Assembly: GCF_006345805.1 (NCBI RefSeq)
Contig: NC_043004.1
Location: forward strand, 103,416,001-103,480,000
Origin: Octopus sinensis
Lineage: Eukaryota
DNA length: 64,000 nt
Direction: 5' to 3'
Positions within the stretch are counted from its first letter, which is position 1; each line of letters starts with the position of its first letter. The notes below the pieces were generated by a model. The model was not told where the DNA came from. It did no database searches and saw nothing but the letters and a program-made list of their open reading frames with translations. Both the position numbers and the translations under genes were made by a program. Of this stretch, positions 52,244-64,000 are shown piece by piece.

Positions 52244-52734
52244 AGGGTAAGAGAGAAACGTATATATATATATATATATATAAGTATGTATGTATGCATG
52301 CATATATGTATGTACTAGTATGCCCGTGCCGTCAAAAATGACGTCTTTTGTACAGAAAGAAACTGCAAATGGTATTTGATAAAAGAATCGGCGTAATATA
52401 AATTCCATATATATGATTCAGATTTGTTACTGCACATCTTATATCGCCAGACTTGTTTCTGATCAAGTACACTTACCAAATGTAGCATATTTTGTCAATA
52501 GATAAAATAATATGGATTCCTTGTATCTATAACCTAAATATCATAATGATATGTCTTGTATATGTAACTGTTACGTTGACATATAAATACATTAAAATAT
52601 ACAAATATAAGTTCACTACACATATTTTCTATGTTTAATATGAGTTTCATTCAAAATATCTTACAAATTTCATGTATTAAAATTTGACATGCACAAATAT
52701 AATTTACATTGCACAGTGTATCATTTGTTGTTGT

Positions 52735-53032
52735 TGTTCCTTCTCGAACCACGCCTGGCTCATAGGGCCGGTTTCCCGGTTTTCTTGGCGTATAGTTTCC
52801 CCACCTGGACGGGACGCTGGTCCGTCGCAGGTGAGCTGCAAGATGCAGGAGGAAATAATGAGAGGAAGTTGTGGTGAAAAAGTCAGTTGAGGTTCGCAAT
52901 TACCTTCTGCCGAAGCCGCGTGGAGCTTAGGTGTTTCGCTCATAAACATACACATCACCCGGTCTGAGATTCGAACCCGCGATCCCTCAACTGCGAGTCC
53001 GCTGCTCTAACCACTAGGCCATGTGCCTCCAC
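52735..53032 (-). mobile_element. tRNA-Arg-like-headed SINE with (AAC)n tail
   Basis: Minus strand TGGCCTAGTGGTTAGAGC, GGACTCGCA loop, GGTTCGAATCTC; no acceptor stem. Confidence 0.8.
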
Positions 53033-53520
53033 GTATCATTTGTTACTGCACATAAATTTGATACCTTTCATTGAGTACTTTTTGTGAATATAGTTGGAAT
53101 ATCAGACTTGAAAGCTTCTACAAAACATGCAATCTCATGCTTAATTAAGCGGATCTTTTTGTGAGAACCTAACGCCGAAAGTATAAGTAGATATGTATTT
53201 TCAAAGAGCTGAGATTCGTGGTGGACCTGATTATCAATTCCAATACTGAACCTGATAACGAATTATGTAAACAATGAATATATATATACACATGACGGCT
53301 CAGAAGTAGGTTTAGTTATTCAAGCATCTCTTTCGTATTCATATGTTGACAGTTTAGATCTTAACTATTAAAAAATATGAAACAATTATTCTATGTTAAT
53401 TTAGTTAATTTTGTCAAGCTCCCTTTTCAGTTTGTAAGATGGAAATTTAAATGTAATAAAGTGCTTGAAAAGAAATTTAAAGTGCCTATGTGATAACTGT
53501 AAACCTAATTTTGGGCTACC

Positions 53521-53586
<66 letters not shown>

Positions 53587-54049
53587 ACACACACACACAC
53601 ACACACGAACACACACACGCATATACATACATGCACATATTTATAGACATGTACTTACATGCATACATTTATACACACACATACACAACGAAGTGTATTA
53701 TAGAAGATGACCTCCCCTGTTCGAAGGTTGTAATGGACACAGGTTTGTGTGTCACATAGCTAGCTAGAGGCGATGGCCTCTTGGAGCTAATCAACGGCAG
53801 CATTCGTCCTATTTTTCTGGACTGCCATGTTAGCTTAGCGATAACTATTAATATCCAGTACTGCTGCCGTAGTCTCCTTTAGAGAGATTTAGAAATAACA
53901 ATATATATATATATATATATTCAAAAACTATGTTACTGTATGAAAACATTTTATAACATTCTTCTAACATAATGACTCAAATATATTCTTTAACCTTATA
54001 AAACAAGCCTTCTGTAGTTTTTTCACTCTTTACTATTTTCTATACATAC

Positions 54050-54112
<63 letters not shown>

Positions 54113-54140
54113 ATATATATATATATATTATATATATATA

Positions 54141-54174
<34 letters not shown>

Positions 54175-54553
54175 TACAAGTGTGAAAATGAGATGTTAGA
54201 GCATAAAATACATGCATATAGTCATTCACACATTACTGCTTAATCTTTAAAACGTAGTACTGTAATATAATTAACTGTGTATAAAATGAAATGACTCCGG
54301 TAACTGTATGCTTGCCAAAGACACTGAAGAGCTTCATGAAAAAATAAGAGATATTGCTTCATCTCTGTTCACTTTTTTTCAAAGACGGCGTCCTATTAAC
54401 AGCAAAAAAGTTTTCTCTATATAAGTTGACAATCGTTTGATCGTGAAACCGGTACTTATTTAATTTGTAATGATGTAATATGATCCTAATATCTCCATAA
54501 ACTTTATTATACAAACTTTCTGTGACTTTTACACTTCTTTTCTTTCTTTCTGA

Positions 54554-54613
<60 letters not shown>

Positions 54614-55046
54614 CATACACACACAAATATAAGGTGGTGCTCCAGATGGTTGCAGTCTAATGACTGATCCAAGAAACAGATAGCAGACTTACACTATCAT
54701 TTGAGCAATAAACCTCACAGCATGCATTTAAAAGCTCCTATACGATTATCGGTTAATGCATGCCATCATACAGCAGGGTAATTCCTTTTACTGAATATTT
54801 ATGTGGGACTCCGTTAGTGTATAAAGAATTTATGTAAGAATTATATTAACTAAGATGGAATGAACAGGCTTTGATTACAAAACACAACAATTGTTTCTGT
54901 GCAGTGGTCACAGCTGTTAGTTGCAGAGCGGAGGCTGGTTTGCATGGACGACTGCTGGTCTTCCATAAACCACCCTGCCCGGGCTTGTGTATTAGAGGAG
55001 AATTTTCTATATGCAATCCTACGGTCATTGATAACCGAAGAGGGTT

Positions 55047-55101
<55 letters not shown>

Positions 55102-55119
55102 TAATAATAATGATGATGA

Positions 55120-55672
55120 TGATGATGATGATAAATGCCCTGATGCAGTGCCAGGCACTGGCTCTCATAGCTTCTGATCTTAACTGGTTGGAAGTGTTAT
55201 CATGTACAGTGTTTTGTCTTGGTATAAAAGATGGGCTACAGTAAATATTCTGCACAATACCACAGATTTGCTTGTCAGTTGTTTGACCGTAACCAGTTGA
55301 GCATGTCCCTTAGTCGATGACGATATGTGCATCTCTGATCTTGAGCAGAAGTAGTGGGGGAACATCATAGCCATCTGTTGAGATGGATTTTGGGGGGTTT
55401 GGCTAATTCACCTATGGAAACATGGGTTTTTCGTTCAACATCCTTAAACAATCCTTATTCAGGGACCTTTTGAGCAGGATGGGCTACTCGACCAGAAGAA
55501 AATTCTTACTGGGCCCCACCTGCAAGGTCATGCACTGTTTATCTTGATATAAGATCACATTGTCGCGTACACATGGTTGTGATGCATGTGCCTGGTGTAC
55601 CCTTATCAGACGGGTAGTCATGATGGGTATATTGGGCTTCGTATATTTTACCCCAGCACTGCTCTCTCACTC

Positions 55673-55733
<61 letters not shown>

Positions 55734-56140
55734 TTTGGCACAAGGCCAGATGGAAGGTGAAGTCGACCGCGGTGGAATTTGAACTCAGAACGAGAAGACG
55801 GACGAAATACCGCTAATCACTTTTTGCCCGGCGTGCTAACGATTCTGCCAGCTCGTCGCTTGGATGATGACAACAAAGACACCAGCAAATAATAACAGAA
55901 GCAACAGCAACAATAATAATAATGAAGATGATGATGATGCTAATAAAAATAAGAATTACAATAATAAAGAAAGAAAAGAAATATGTAAAGCTGCAACAGT
56001 GGCAAAACAAAACCTGCAGTTAAAATAAACAATATTACAGCAGAGTGATACCTTACACTGCTCTAGAACAGCACATCTCTGACGAATATTTGTCGCTAGT
56101 TTAGACCTGTTTACGCGGCAATAATACGATGTTTTGTTGA
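55120..56140 (+). repeat. About 1-kb direct duplication, partner 59095-60120
   Basis: Collinear family F, truncated SINE C and unique flank. Confidence 0.85.
55134..55672. mobile_element. Unclassified 540-bp repeat (family F) between (GAT/AAT)n arrays; second copy 59108-59649
   Basis: Two near-identical copies. Confidence 0.7.
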
Positions 56141-56349
56141 TAAAAAGTAACAGTTTCAAAGTTTGGCACGAGGCCATCAATTTTAGGGGCGTGGATAAGT
56201 CGATTACATCAACCCCAGTACTTAACTGGTACTTATTTTATCGACTCTCTTTCTTGACCCTGAAAGGATGAAAGGCAAAGTTGACCTCAGCGGAATTTGA
56301 ACCCAGGACATTTTGCCCTGCGAGTTAACGATTCTGTCAGCTCGCCGCC

Positions 56350-56499
<150 letters not shown>

Positions 56500-56590
56500 G
56501 GGTGGAAGTGTTGGTTAAATACCAGTTGTGCGATAACGCTTGATCGCGTACATATTTAATTCTAACACTATCAAATTTATATTTGAAACG

Positions 56591-56656
56591 CTGCACTGAA
56601 GATGGGAAATATGTAAGTAAATATAACTTTACTTTAATCCCGAAACGCGTATGTAG
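56591..56656 (+). ncRNA. Type I hammerhead ribozyme motif
   Basis: Helix I CTGCA/TGTAG, core CTGAAGA, helix II GGGA/TCCC with AT-rich extension, GAA, palindromic helix III ACGCGT, GUA site. Confidence 0.85.
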
Positions 56657-56857
56657 CTAATCCGAGTTGTGCGGATTCGTTATTTGTTCTCTTTGCCTAC
56701 GTAAAAAAAAGTGTGTTACTGTCTGGGAGATATTTATGGTAGCGGAAAAGGTATTTTAACTCCTATTTCTAAATTCGTGGCGAAGCAATTAGCTGACCCC
56801 TGATTATAATTATGTTTATAATTATAGAATATTTGTGTATATATATATATTGGCTTC

Positions 56858-57176
56858 TGTGTCGGTGGCACATAAAAAGCACCATCCTAACGTGGCCGAT
56901 GCCAGCGCCGCCTTGGCTGGCTTCCGTGCCGGTGGCACGTTAAAAGCACCAACCGATCGTGGCCGATGCCAGACTCCCCTGGCACCTGTGCAGGTGGCAC
57001 GTAAAAAGCACCCACTACACTCGCGGAGTGGTTGGCGTTAGGAAGGGCATCCAGCTGTAGAAACACTGCCAGATCAGACTGGATCCTGGTGCAGCCCCTG
57101 GCTTCCCAGACCCCGGTCGAACCGTCCAACCCGTGCTAGCGCGGAAAACGGATGTTAAACGATGATGATGAAGATG

Positions 57177-57178
<2 letters not shown>
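56858..57178 (+). mobile_element. SINE family A
   Basis: Core, tandem units, tail. Confidence 0.85.
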
Positions 57179-57211
<33 letters not shown>

Positions 57212-57464
57212 TCTTTTCAGCCCAGGCCAGTCTTGCTTAACTAGATCAACGACAATTCAGTCGTGACCATTTAAGTCATTTTTTTCTCTTTTCTCAAATA
57301 AGAGCAAGCAACGTTATGCCCCTAGACTACAGGATCACTACTGCAACAACGGTTATAGCGAGACATAAACTCATGGTCATGTAAAACCAAACAAACAAGT
57401 TACTATAAAAGAAATAGCTCCAACGTAAGCAACCATTGGCAAAAAATATGTAAACCATCAACCG

Positions 57465-58205
57465 TAGGTCTTGGCTGGTATTTCATTTTATCGACACCGA
57501 ACGGATGAAAGCAAAATTAACCGGAACGAGATTTGAATTCAAATAATTATAATAATCCTTTCTACTTATAGACAAAAGCCCTAGGATTTTGCGGGAGGGG
57601 GGGTAATCGATTACATTGACCCCAGTGCTCAACTGGTACTTATTTTATTGACCTCGAAAGGATGAAAGGCAAAAGTGACCTCGGCGTAATTTGAACTCAG
57701 ATCATGAAGACAGACGACATGCTGCTAAGCGTTTTGACCCATGTCCTCATAATTCTGCCAGCTTGCTATATTATTATCGTTATTACGGTAATAAACAAGG
57801 AAAAGGCGGCGAGCCGGCAGAAACGTTAGCACGCCGGGCGAAATGCGTAGCCGTATTTCGTCTGCCGTTACGTTCTGAGTTCAAATTCCGCCGAGGTCGG
57901 CTTTGCCTTTCATCATTTTGGGGTCGATTAAATAAGTATCAGTTACGCACTGGGCTCGATATAATCGACTTAATCCGTTTGTCTGTCCTTGTTTGTCCCC
58001 TCAGTGTTTAACCCCTTGTGGGTAGTAAAGAAATAGGTATTTCGTCTGCCGTTACGTTCTGAGTTCAAATTCCGCCGAGGTCGGCTTTGCCTTTCATCAT
58101 TTCGGGGTCGATTAAATAAGTACCAGTTACGCACTGGGCTCGATATAATCGCCTTAATCCGTTTGTCCCCTCTGTGTTTAGCCCCTTGTGGGTAGTAAAG
58201 AAATA
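57465..58205. mobile_element. SINE C cluster (minus copies 57465-57780; plus tandem dimer 57825-58205)
   Basis: Family motifs, near-identical tandem halves. Confidence 0.85.
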
Positions 58206-58620
58206 TGTAATAAACAAGGAAAACTGATTTTGCATATGGATTGGCCCATTATGTCCATTTGATACTAGGATTGTATGGAAAGTAAGTGAGAACTTGAAAA
58301 AGTACGACCTCTTGAAATTTGAGACTGCAAGGATTTGGAACATGAATTCGGTAACGATTGTACGAGTAATAAAACAGACAAATGGATAAAGAAAACTGGA
58401 ATAGAATGTCCTGGAAAGTGTCTATAGAATGTCTGACTCTTAAGGACAGGAAAAATCGTTTTGAGCACTTGGTGGCTTATTAGAATCGTGGATGTCTAAG
58501 GCTACAGGAAGGAATCTGCTACCCACATATATTCTGCAAGGAATAAGATCAATTATGAGATAATAATAATAATAATAATGATAATAACAATAATAATAAC
58601 AATAATAATAATAATAATAA

Positions 58621-59010
58621 AATAGAAATCAGCAAAATGTGGAAGCTGAAGACTAAAACAATACCTGTTGTCATAGGTGCCCTGGGAATGATAGCGAAAG
58701 GGGCTGATTGCTACCTAACTCAGATACCAGGAAACCCCAAAATGGCAGAAATTCAAAAGATAGTGCTCATGGGAACTGCTCATATCCTACGCAAAATACT
58801 CTCTATGTAATCCCAAGGTTTAAAACAAACTTTTTTTTTTAAATCTATGTATTAGACATTCGCTAGTACAACACCAAAAAAAACCCAAATATATGGCACA
58901 CTAGGCATAACAACAACGTTAACTTCCAACCTGTTGTCTCCTGAGGTCTCTGGGTGAGACTTGGAGCCAACTTGTACAAACATAAAGCAAAAGTCAAACA
59001 TAGAATAATA
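58621..59010 (+). mobile_element. RLE-type (R4/Dong/HERO-like) LINE 3' end in (AAT)n
   Basis: IEISKMWKLKTKTIPVVIGALG...IQKIVLMGTAHILRKIL, stop 58808-58810, 3' UTR, (AAT)n on both sides. Confidence 0.85.
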
Positions 59011-59028
59011 ATAATAATGATAGTAGTA

Positions 59029-59078
<50 letters not shown>

Positions 59079-59649
59079 GATGATGATGATGATGATGATA
59101 ATGATAAATGCCCTGATACAGTACCAGGCAGTGGCTCTCATGGCTACTGATCTTAATTGATCAGAAGTGTTATCATGTACAGTGTTTTGTCTTGGTATAA
59201 AAGATGGGTTACAGCAAATATTCTGCTCAATACCACAGATTTGCTTGTCAGTTGTTTGACCTTAACCAGTTGAGCATGTCCCTTTGTGGCTGATGATATA
59301 TATGCATCTCTGATCACAAGCAGAAGTAGTGGGGGGAGCATCATAACCATGTGTTGAAAGGAATTCTTGGAGGTTTGGATAATTCACCTTGGGAAACATG
59401 GGTTTTTCGTTCAACATCCTTAAACAATCTTTATTCAGGGACCTTTTGAGCGGGAATGGGCTACTCGACCAGAAGAAAATTCTAACTGGGCCCCACCTGC
59501 TAGGTCATATGCTATTTATCTTGATATAAGATCACCATGTCGCGTACACATGGTTGTGATGCATGTGCCTGGTGTACCCTTATCAGACGGGTAGTCATGA
59601 TAGGTATACTGGGCTTCGTATATTTTACCCCAGCACTGCTCTCTCACTC

Positions 59650-59702
<53 letters not shown>

Positions 59703-60356
59703 TAATAATTTCAAATTGTAGCACAAGGCCAGATGGAAGGTGAAGTCGACCGCGGTGGAATTTGAACTCAGAACGTAAAGACTTACGAAATGCCGTTAAT
59801 CACTTTTTGCCCGGCGTGCTAACGATTCTGCCAGCTCGTCGCTTGGATGATGACAACAAGGACACCAGCAAATAATAACAGAAGCAACAGCAACAATAAT
59901 AATAATGAAGATGATGATGATGCTAATAAAAATAAGAATTACGATAATAAAGAAAGAAAAGAAATATGTAAAGCTGCAACAGTGGCAAAACAAAACCTGC
60001 AGTTAAAATAAACAATATTACAGCAGAGTGATACCTTACACTGCTGAAGAACAGCAGATCTCTGACGAATATTTGTCGCTAGTTTAGACCTGTTTACGCG
60101 GCAATAATATGATGTTTTGTTGCTGTTCCCTTACAAGAGATAAATTCTTTACTTATGAAATAGCATGTTGTGCCAACAACCCCACCGTACTTATAAATAT
60201 GATATTAACCTTAATGAATGTGCTAAGCATGCAACTTCCTTGCCCTCACTCTATCATTTCTGTAAAGCTTCTAAAGTTTCTGTCCGTGATTGTTTCTATT
60301 TTAACCAGTTAAGTTAGTTTTTGTGCAAAGCAAAATCTTTCTAGAAACCATATGTA

Positions 60357-60536
60357 CTGAATACAAGTACAAATGTTCTGCATAGAAAATGTGCATGTGT
60401 GTGTGAGTATGTGTGTGCGTGTGTGTTTATATATATATATTCATATACGTCATATGTACGTCATAACTCGCTTGAAGACCCCTGTGTCCTCGCAAGAGCA
60501 ACACAGACTATCAAGAGACTGACTCGACGAAAATAA

Positions 60537-60570
<34 letters not shown>

Positions 60571-60795
60571 CGCGTTTATGCATATGTATGCATTTACACA
60601 CGCGCGCACACACATACACTTTCACACGCACACGGTTTGGTTTCATGAACCAAGATTAAAAAAAAAAAAGTCTGTCCACGTCTTTACAGGTGGTTACCGA
60701 AACCACTACAGGCTAGACATGTCTGGCAGCAGCGACTGCAAAAGTACCTCCCATTACGATATTATTAATTCACAAAAAACATAATACTAGATAAT
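60357..60795. repeat. About 430-bp inverted duplication, partner 62422-62836
   Basis: Reverse-complement match over the whole length. Confidence 0.9.
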
Positions 60796-61029
60796 TCGTC
60801 AAAGGAAATTTATATAACGAAAGATCCGATGCTCGAACTTTGAACGGCAATGCGCCAGATGGCTTCATTACTCTGTGCTCGTTTAGGACAGATTCGGTGG
60901 CAGGCAATTTCAACACGTCTATGCTTTGTAGATTTTGTCCTGAATAAGTAATGTGTCTTCCCGCTCTCAAAGGGTAATGGACATTTTGGAAAATGTCGAT
61001 GATATCCGCTTTAGATATTATTATTGGGA

Positions 61030-61248
61030 AGGCGGCGAGCAGGCAGACACGTTAGCAGGCCGGGCGAAATGCTTAGCGTTATTTCGCCCGTCGCTATGTT
61101 CTGAGTTCAAATTCCACCGAGGTCGACTTTGCTTTTCATCCTTTCGGGGTCAGTAAAATAAGTACCAGTTGGATACTGGGGTCGCTGTAATTGTCTCATC
61201 CCCTCCCACAAAATTACTGTCCTTGTGGCAAAATTTGAAACCATTATT
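61030..61248 (+). mobile_element. SINE C (another degenerate copy about 61600-61750)
   Basis: Family motifs. Confidence 0.8.
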
Positions 61249-61819
61249 AGGCCCACACTGAGTATGCTTTTCCGAGTATGAGGAAAGACATTGGAAGAGG
61301 GCGCTTTCAATGCCCTGGAGTCTGCTAAGTAATCTGGTCTGTTTTTGTGTAGGGGTGGGGCGGATTTCAACGAATTGCCACGGGTGGACTATTTTGCAAT
61401 GGAAGATTTTATTTATTTTTCTGAATCCTATTTGTATAACTTCTGTTATATCTTTTTTGCTGTTGTTTCTCCTTTGTGCATTGGATTTGTTCTCAATGTC
61501 TTGGGCCTCTTGTGGTTAATAAAAGAAATTATCAACCTCATCATCATTGTCATTATTGTTGGTGTTGTTGTTGTCGTCATCGTCGTCGTCGTCCGGGTTT
61601 CGAGCTGACAGAAATGTGAGCACGTTGGACAAAATTCTTAGTGGTATTTCTTCCGGTTCTTTACTCTTGAGTTCAAATCGTTCTAAGATCAACTTTACCT
61701 TCCGTCCTTTTAGAGTCGATAAAATAAGTACTATTCATGTACTGGGGTCCACACACACATACACACACACACACACACACATTATTGTTTATAATTTTCT
61801 GAAATTTTACTTGTTTCAG

Positions 61820-61886
<67 letters not shown>

Positions 61887-62052
61887 TTCCGAGTTCAGTT
61901 CCACTGCGTGGCACCTTGGGCAAATGTCTTCTACTATAGCATCGGGCCGACCAAAGCCTTGTGACTGGATTCGGTAGACGGAAACCGAAAGAAACCCGTC
62001 GTATATATGTATATGTATGTATGTATATGTACATATCTATGTATCTATCTAT

Positions 62053-62099
<47 letters not shown>

Positions 62100-63267
62100 T
62101 TATTTGAGGGAATAAAATCCAAACCTACAAGGAAAAAGAATTCAATTTAGAAATACTAAATCAAATTCCACACAATATAATTAATATATGAAAAATATTA
62201 GAAAAACCCCCACCTTTTTCTAGATGGTGTAATTTAATTATTTATTTTGAATTGATAAAAGGTGGTTTTTTTCTAATATTTTATATATATATATATGTAT
62301 ATATTTCAGTAAAAACAATTAAGATTTAAGTGAGTTCCAATGAATTCACATGAATGCGGTACTTAACTTAGATGCACCAGAAATCTATATGGTATTAACC
62401 ATAAAATAATAATGTGGGGTGATTATCTAGTATTATGTTTTTGTGAATTAATAATATCGTAATGGGAGGTACTTTTGCAGTTGCTGCTGCCAGACTTGTC
62501 TAGCCTGAAGTGGTTTCCGTAACCACCTGTAAAGACGTGGACAGACTTTTTTTTTAAAATCTTGGTTCATGAAACCAAGCCGTGTGCGTGTGAAAGTGTA
62601 TGTGTGTGCGAGCGCGTGTAAATGCATACATATGCATAAACGCACGCTCACACACACACACACACACACACACATTATTTTCGTCGAGTCAGTCTCTTGA
62701 TAGTCTGTGTTGCTCTTGCGAGGACACAGGGGTCTTCAAGCGAGTTATGACGTACATATGACGTATATGAATATATATATAAACACACACACACACATAC
62801 ACATTTTCTATGCAGAACGTTTGTACTTGTATTCAGAACTTTTGTTCTCTTTATATTCTTATATTCTCATATATCAGGAAATTACATCTACATTATTATG
62901 GATACATTCATCTTCTCTGAGTATGAAATATCTCCTCATATCTCCGGAAATTACATCTGCATTATTATGGATGGATTTACCTCTTCTGTGAAGCTAACAA
63001 ACTTTTTTAAAAACCTTTTATAAAACTGTGCATCATTAGAGAACTTTTGAAGTCTGCTTACAATCTAACTTTGCTTTTCATGGAACTCTCTTCGATACTT
63101 CATGAGTGTAGCCTCACCCCCTAGGATGTTTGGAAAACTCATATGTGTTTTGGCTGATGAATACGGGACACTTGTATTTGCTGCAATATTTGCAGCTTTT
63201 TAATAAAGCTGTTCTTCGTATGAAACAATTGTACTGAACAACTAATCCATTCTTGTTGCTTTTTTCT

Positions 63268-63342
<75 letters not shown>

Positions 63343-63437
63343 CGTATGTTTTAAAGTCACTGAAGATCCAGCGATTATTCTGGCACTGATTTTCTTTCAT
63401 GTTTCAAGATTGTGCCGTGACTTTGCTAATAACTTAC

Positions 63438-63591
63438 CTGTTTCATAGATTCTGTCGAACACTTTACCTTTTTATGTTCAGTAGCGCAACTGGAGGAGTG
63501 GGAACGAGGGACGCACTCTGTTCCGGTTGATTCTTTTGCAGGGGGGGGGGCATTTTGGGTCTGTAGTATAAGCCTGTGTATCTTTGGAGGT
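63438..63591 (-). CDS. Candidate isolated internal exon of an unidentified gene
   Basis: Minus-strand acceptor CTCTTCCTCATCTCCAG, donor CAG|GTAAGT, 154 nt open in one frame (PPKIHRLILQTQNAPPPAKESTGTECVPRSHSSSCATEHKKVKCSTESMKQ); no homology recognised. Confidence 0.3.
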
Positions 63592-63624
63592 CTGGAGATG
63601 AGGAAGAGCATAAAAGCTACGTCA

Positions 63625-64000
63625 CTCTTTTACTCTTTTACTTGTTTCAGTCATGTGACTGTGGCCATGCTAGAGCACCGCCTTTCGTTGAGCAAAACGA
63701 CTCCAGGACTTATTCTTTGTAAGCCTAGTACTTATTCTATCGGTCTCTTTTGCCAAACCGCTAAGTTATGGGGACGTAAACATACCAGCATCGGTTGTCA
63801 AGCGATGTTGGGGGGACAAACACAGACACAAAAAACCCATACACACACGCACACACACATATATATATACATATATACGACGGTCTTCTTTCAGTTTCCA
63901 TCTACCAAATCCATTCACAAGGCTTTGTTCGGCCCGAGGCTATTGTAGAAGACACTTGCCCAAGGTACCATGCAGTGGGACTGAACCCGGAACCATGTTG
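63625..64000 (-). mobile_element. SINE family B, cut by window edge
   Basis: Tail, microsatellite, head. Confidence 0.85.

Noticed and set aside
52955-53032. tRNA-Arg(TCG) gene; likewise a tRNA at 48935-49015
   Set aside because: No acceptor-stem pairing, and each continues into a repeat body, so SINE heads
60470-60530. C/D snoRNA (TGAAGA...CTGA)
   Set aside because: Imperfect C box, no terminal stem, no identifiable guide
63355-63385. CTGAAGA followed by a CCAG/CTGG hairpin
   Set aside because: No GAAA after the helix, so not a hammerhead

Overview
AT-rich, microsatellite-dense animal genomic DNA. The SINE, LINE and microsatellite repertoire looks like an octopus/cephalopod genome (inference). 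There is one clear protein-coding gene, an intronless full-length TRAPPC6B ORF (12253-12720, minus). Most of the rest is interspersed repeats: several tRNA-derived SINE families (my labels A, B, C, E), decayed mariner/Tc1, Tx1/L1, CR1, RTE, Gypsy-like and RLE (R4/Dong-like) fragments, TA-flanked MITEs, large simple-repeat arrays and local duplications. Nearly all ORFs in the supplied track are microsatellite or repeat artefacts. The most striking feature not shown by the track is about ten type I hammerhead-ribozyme motifs, read by eye, from at least six sequence families. They have palindromic helix III, as in Penelope-like element ribozymes, mostly sit in or beside (TA)n/(TACA)n/(AAT)n arrays, and several form fold-backs. 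One is part of a TSD-bounded element with a tRNA-derived Pol III head (48777-49210), i.e. a candidate hammerhead-carrying SINE. Repeat boundaries are approximate; no database search or folding program was run.
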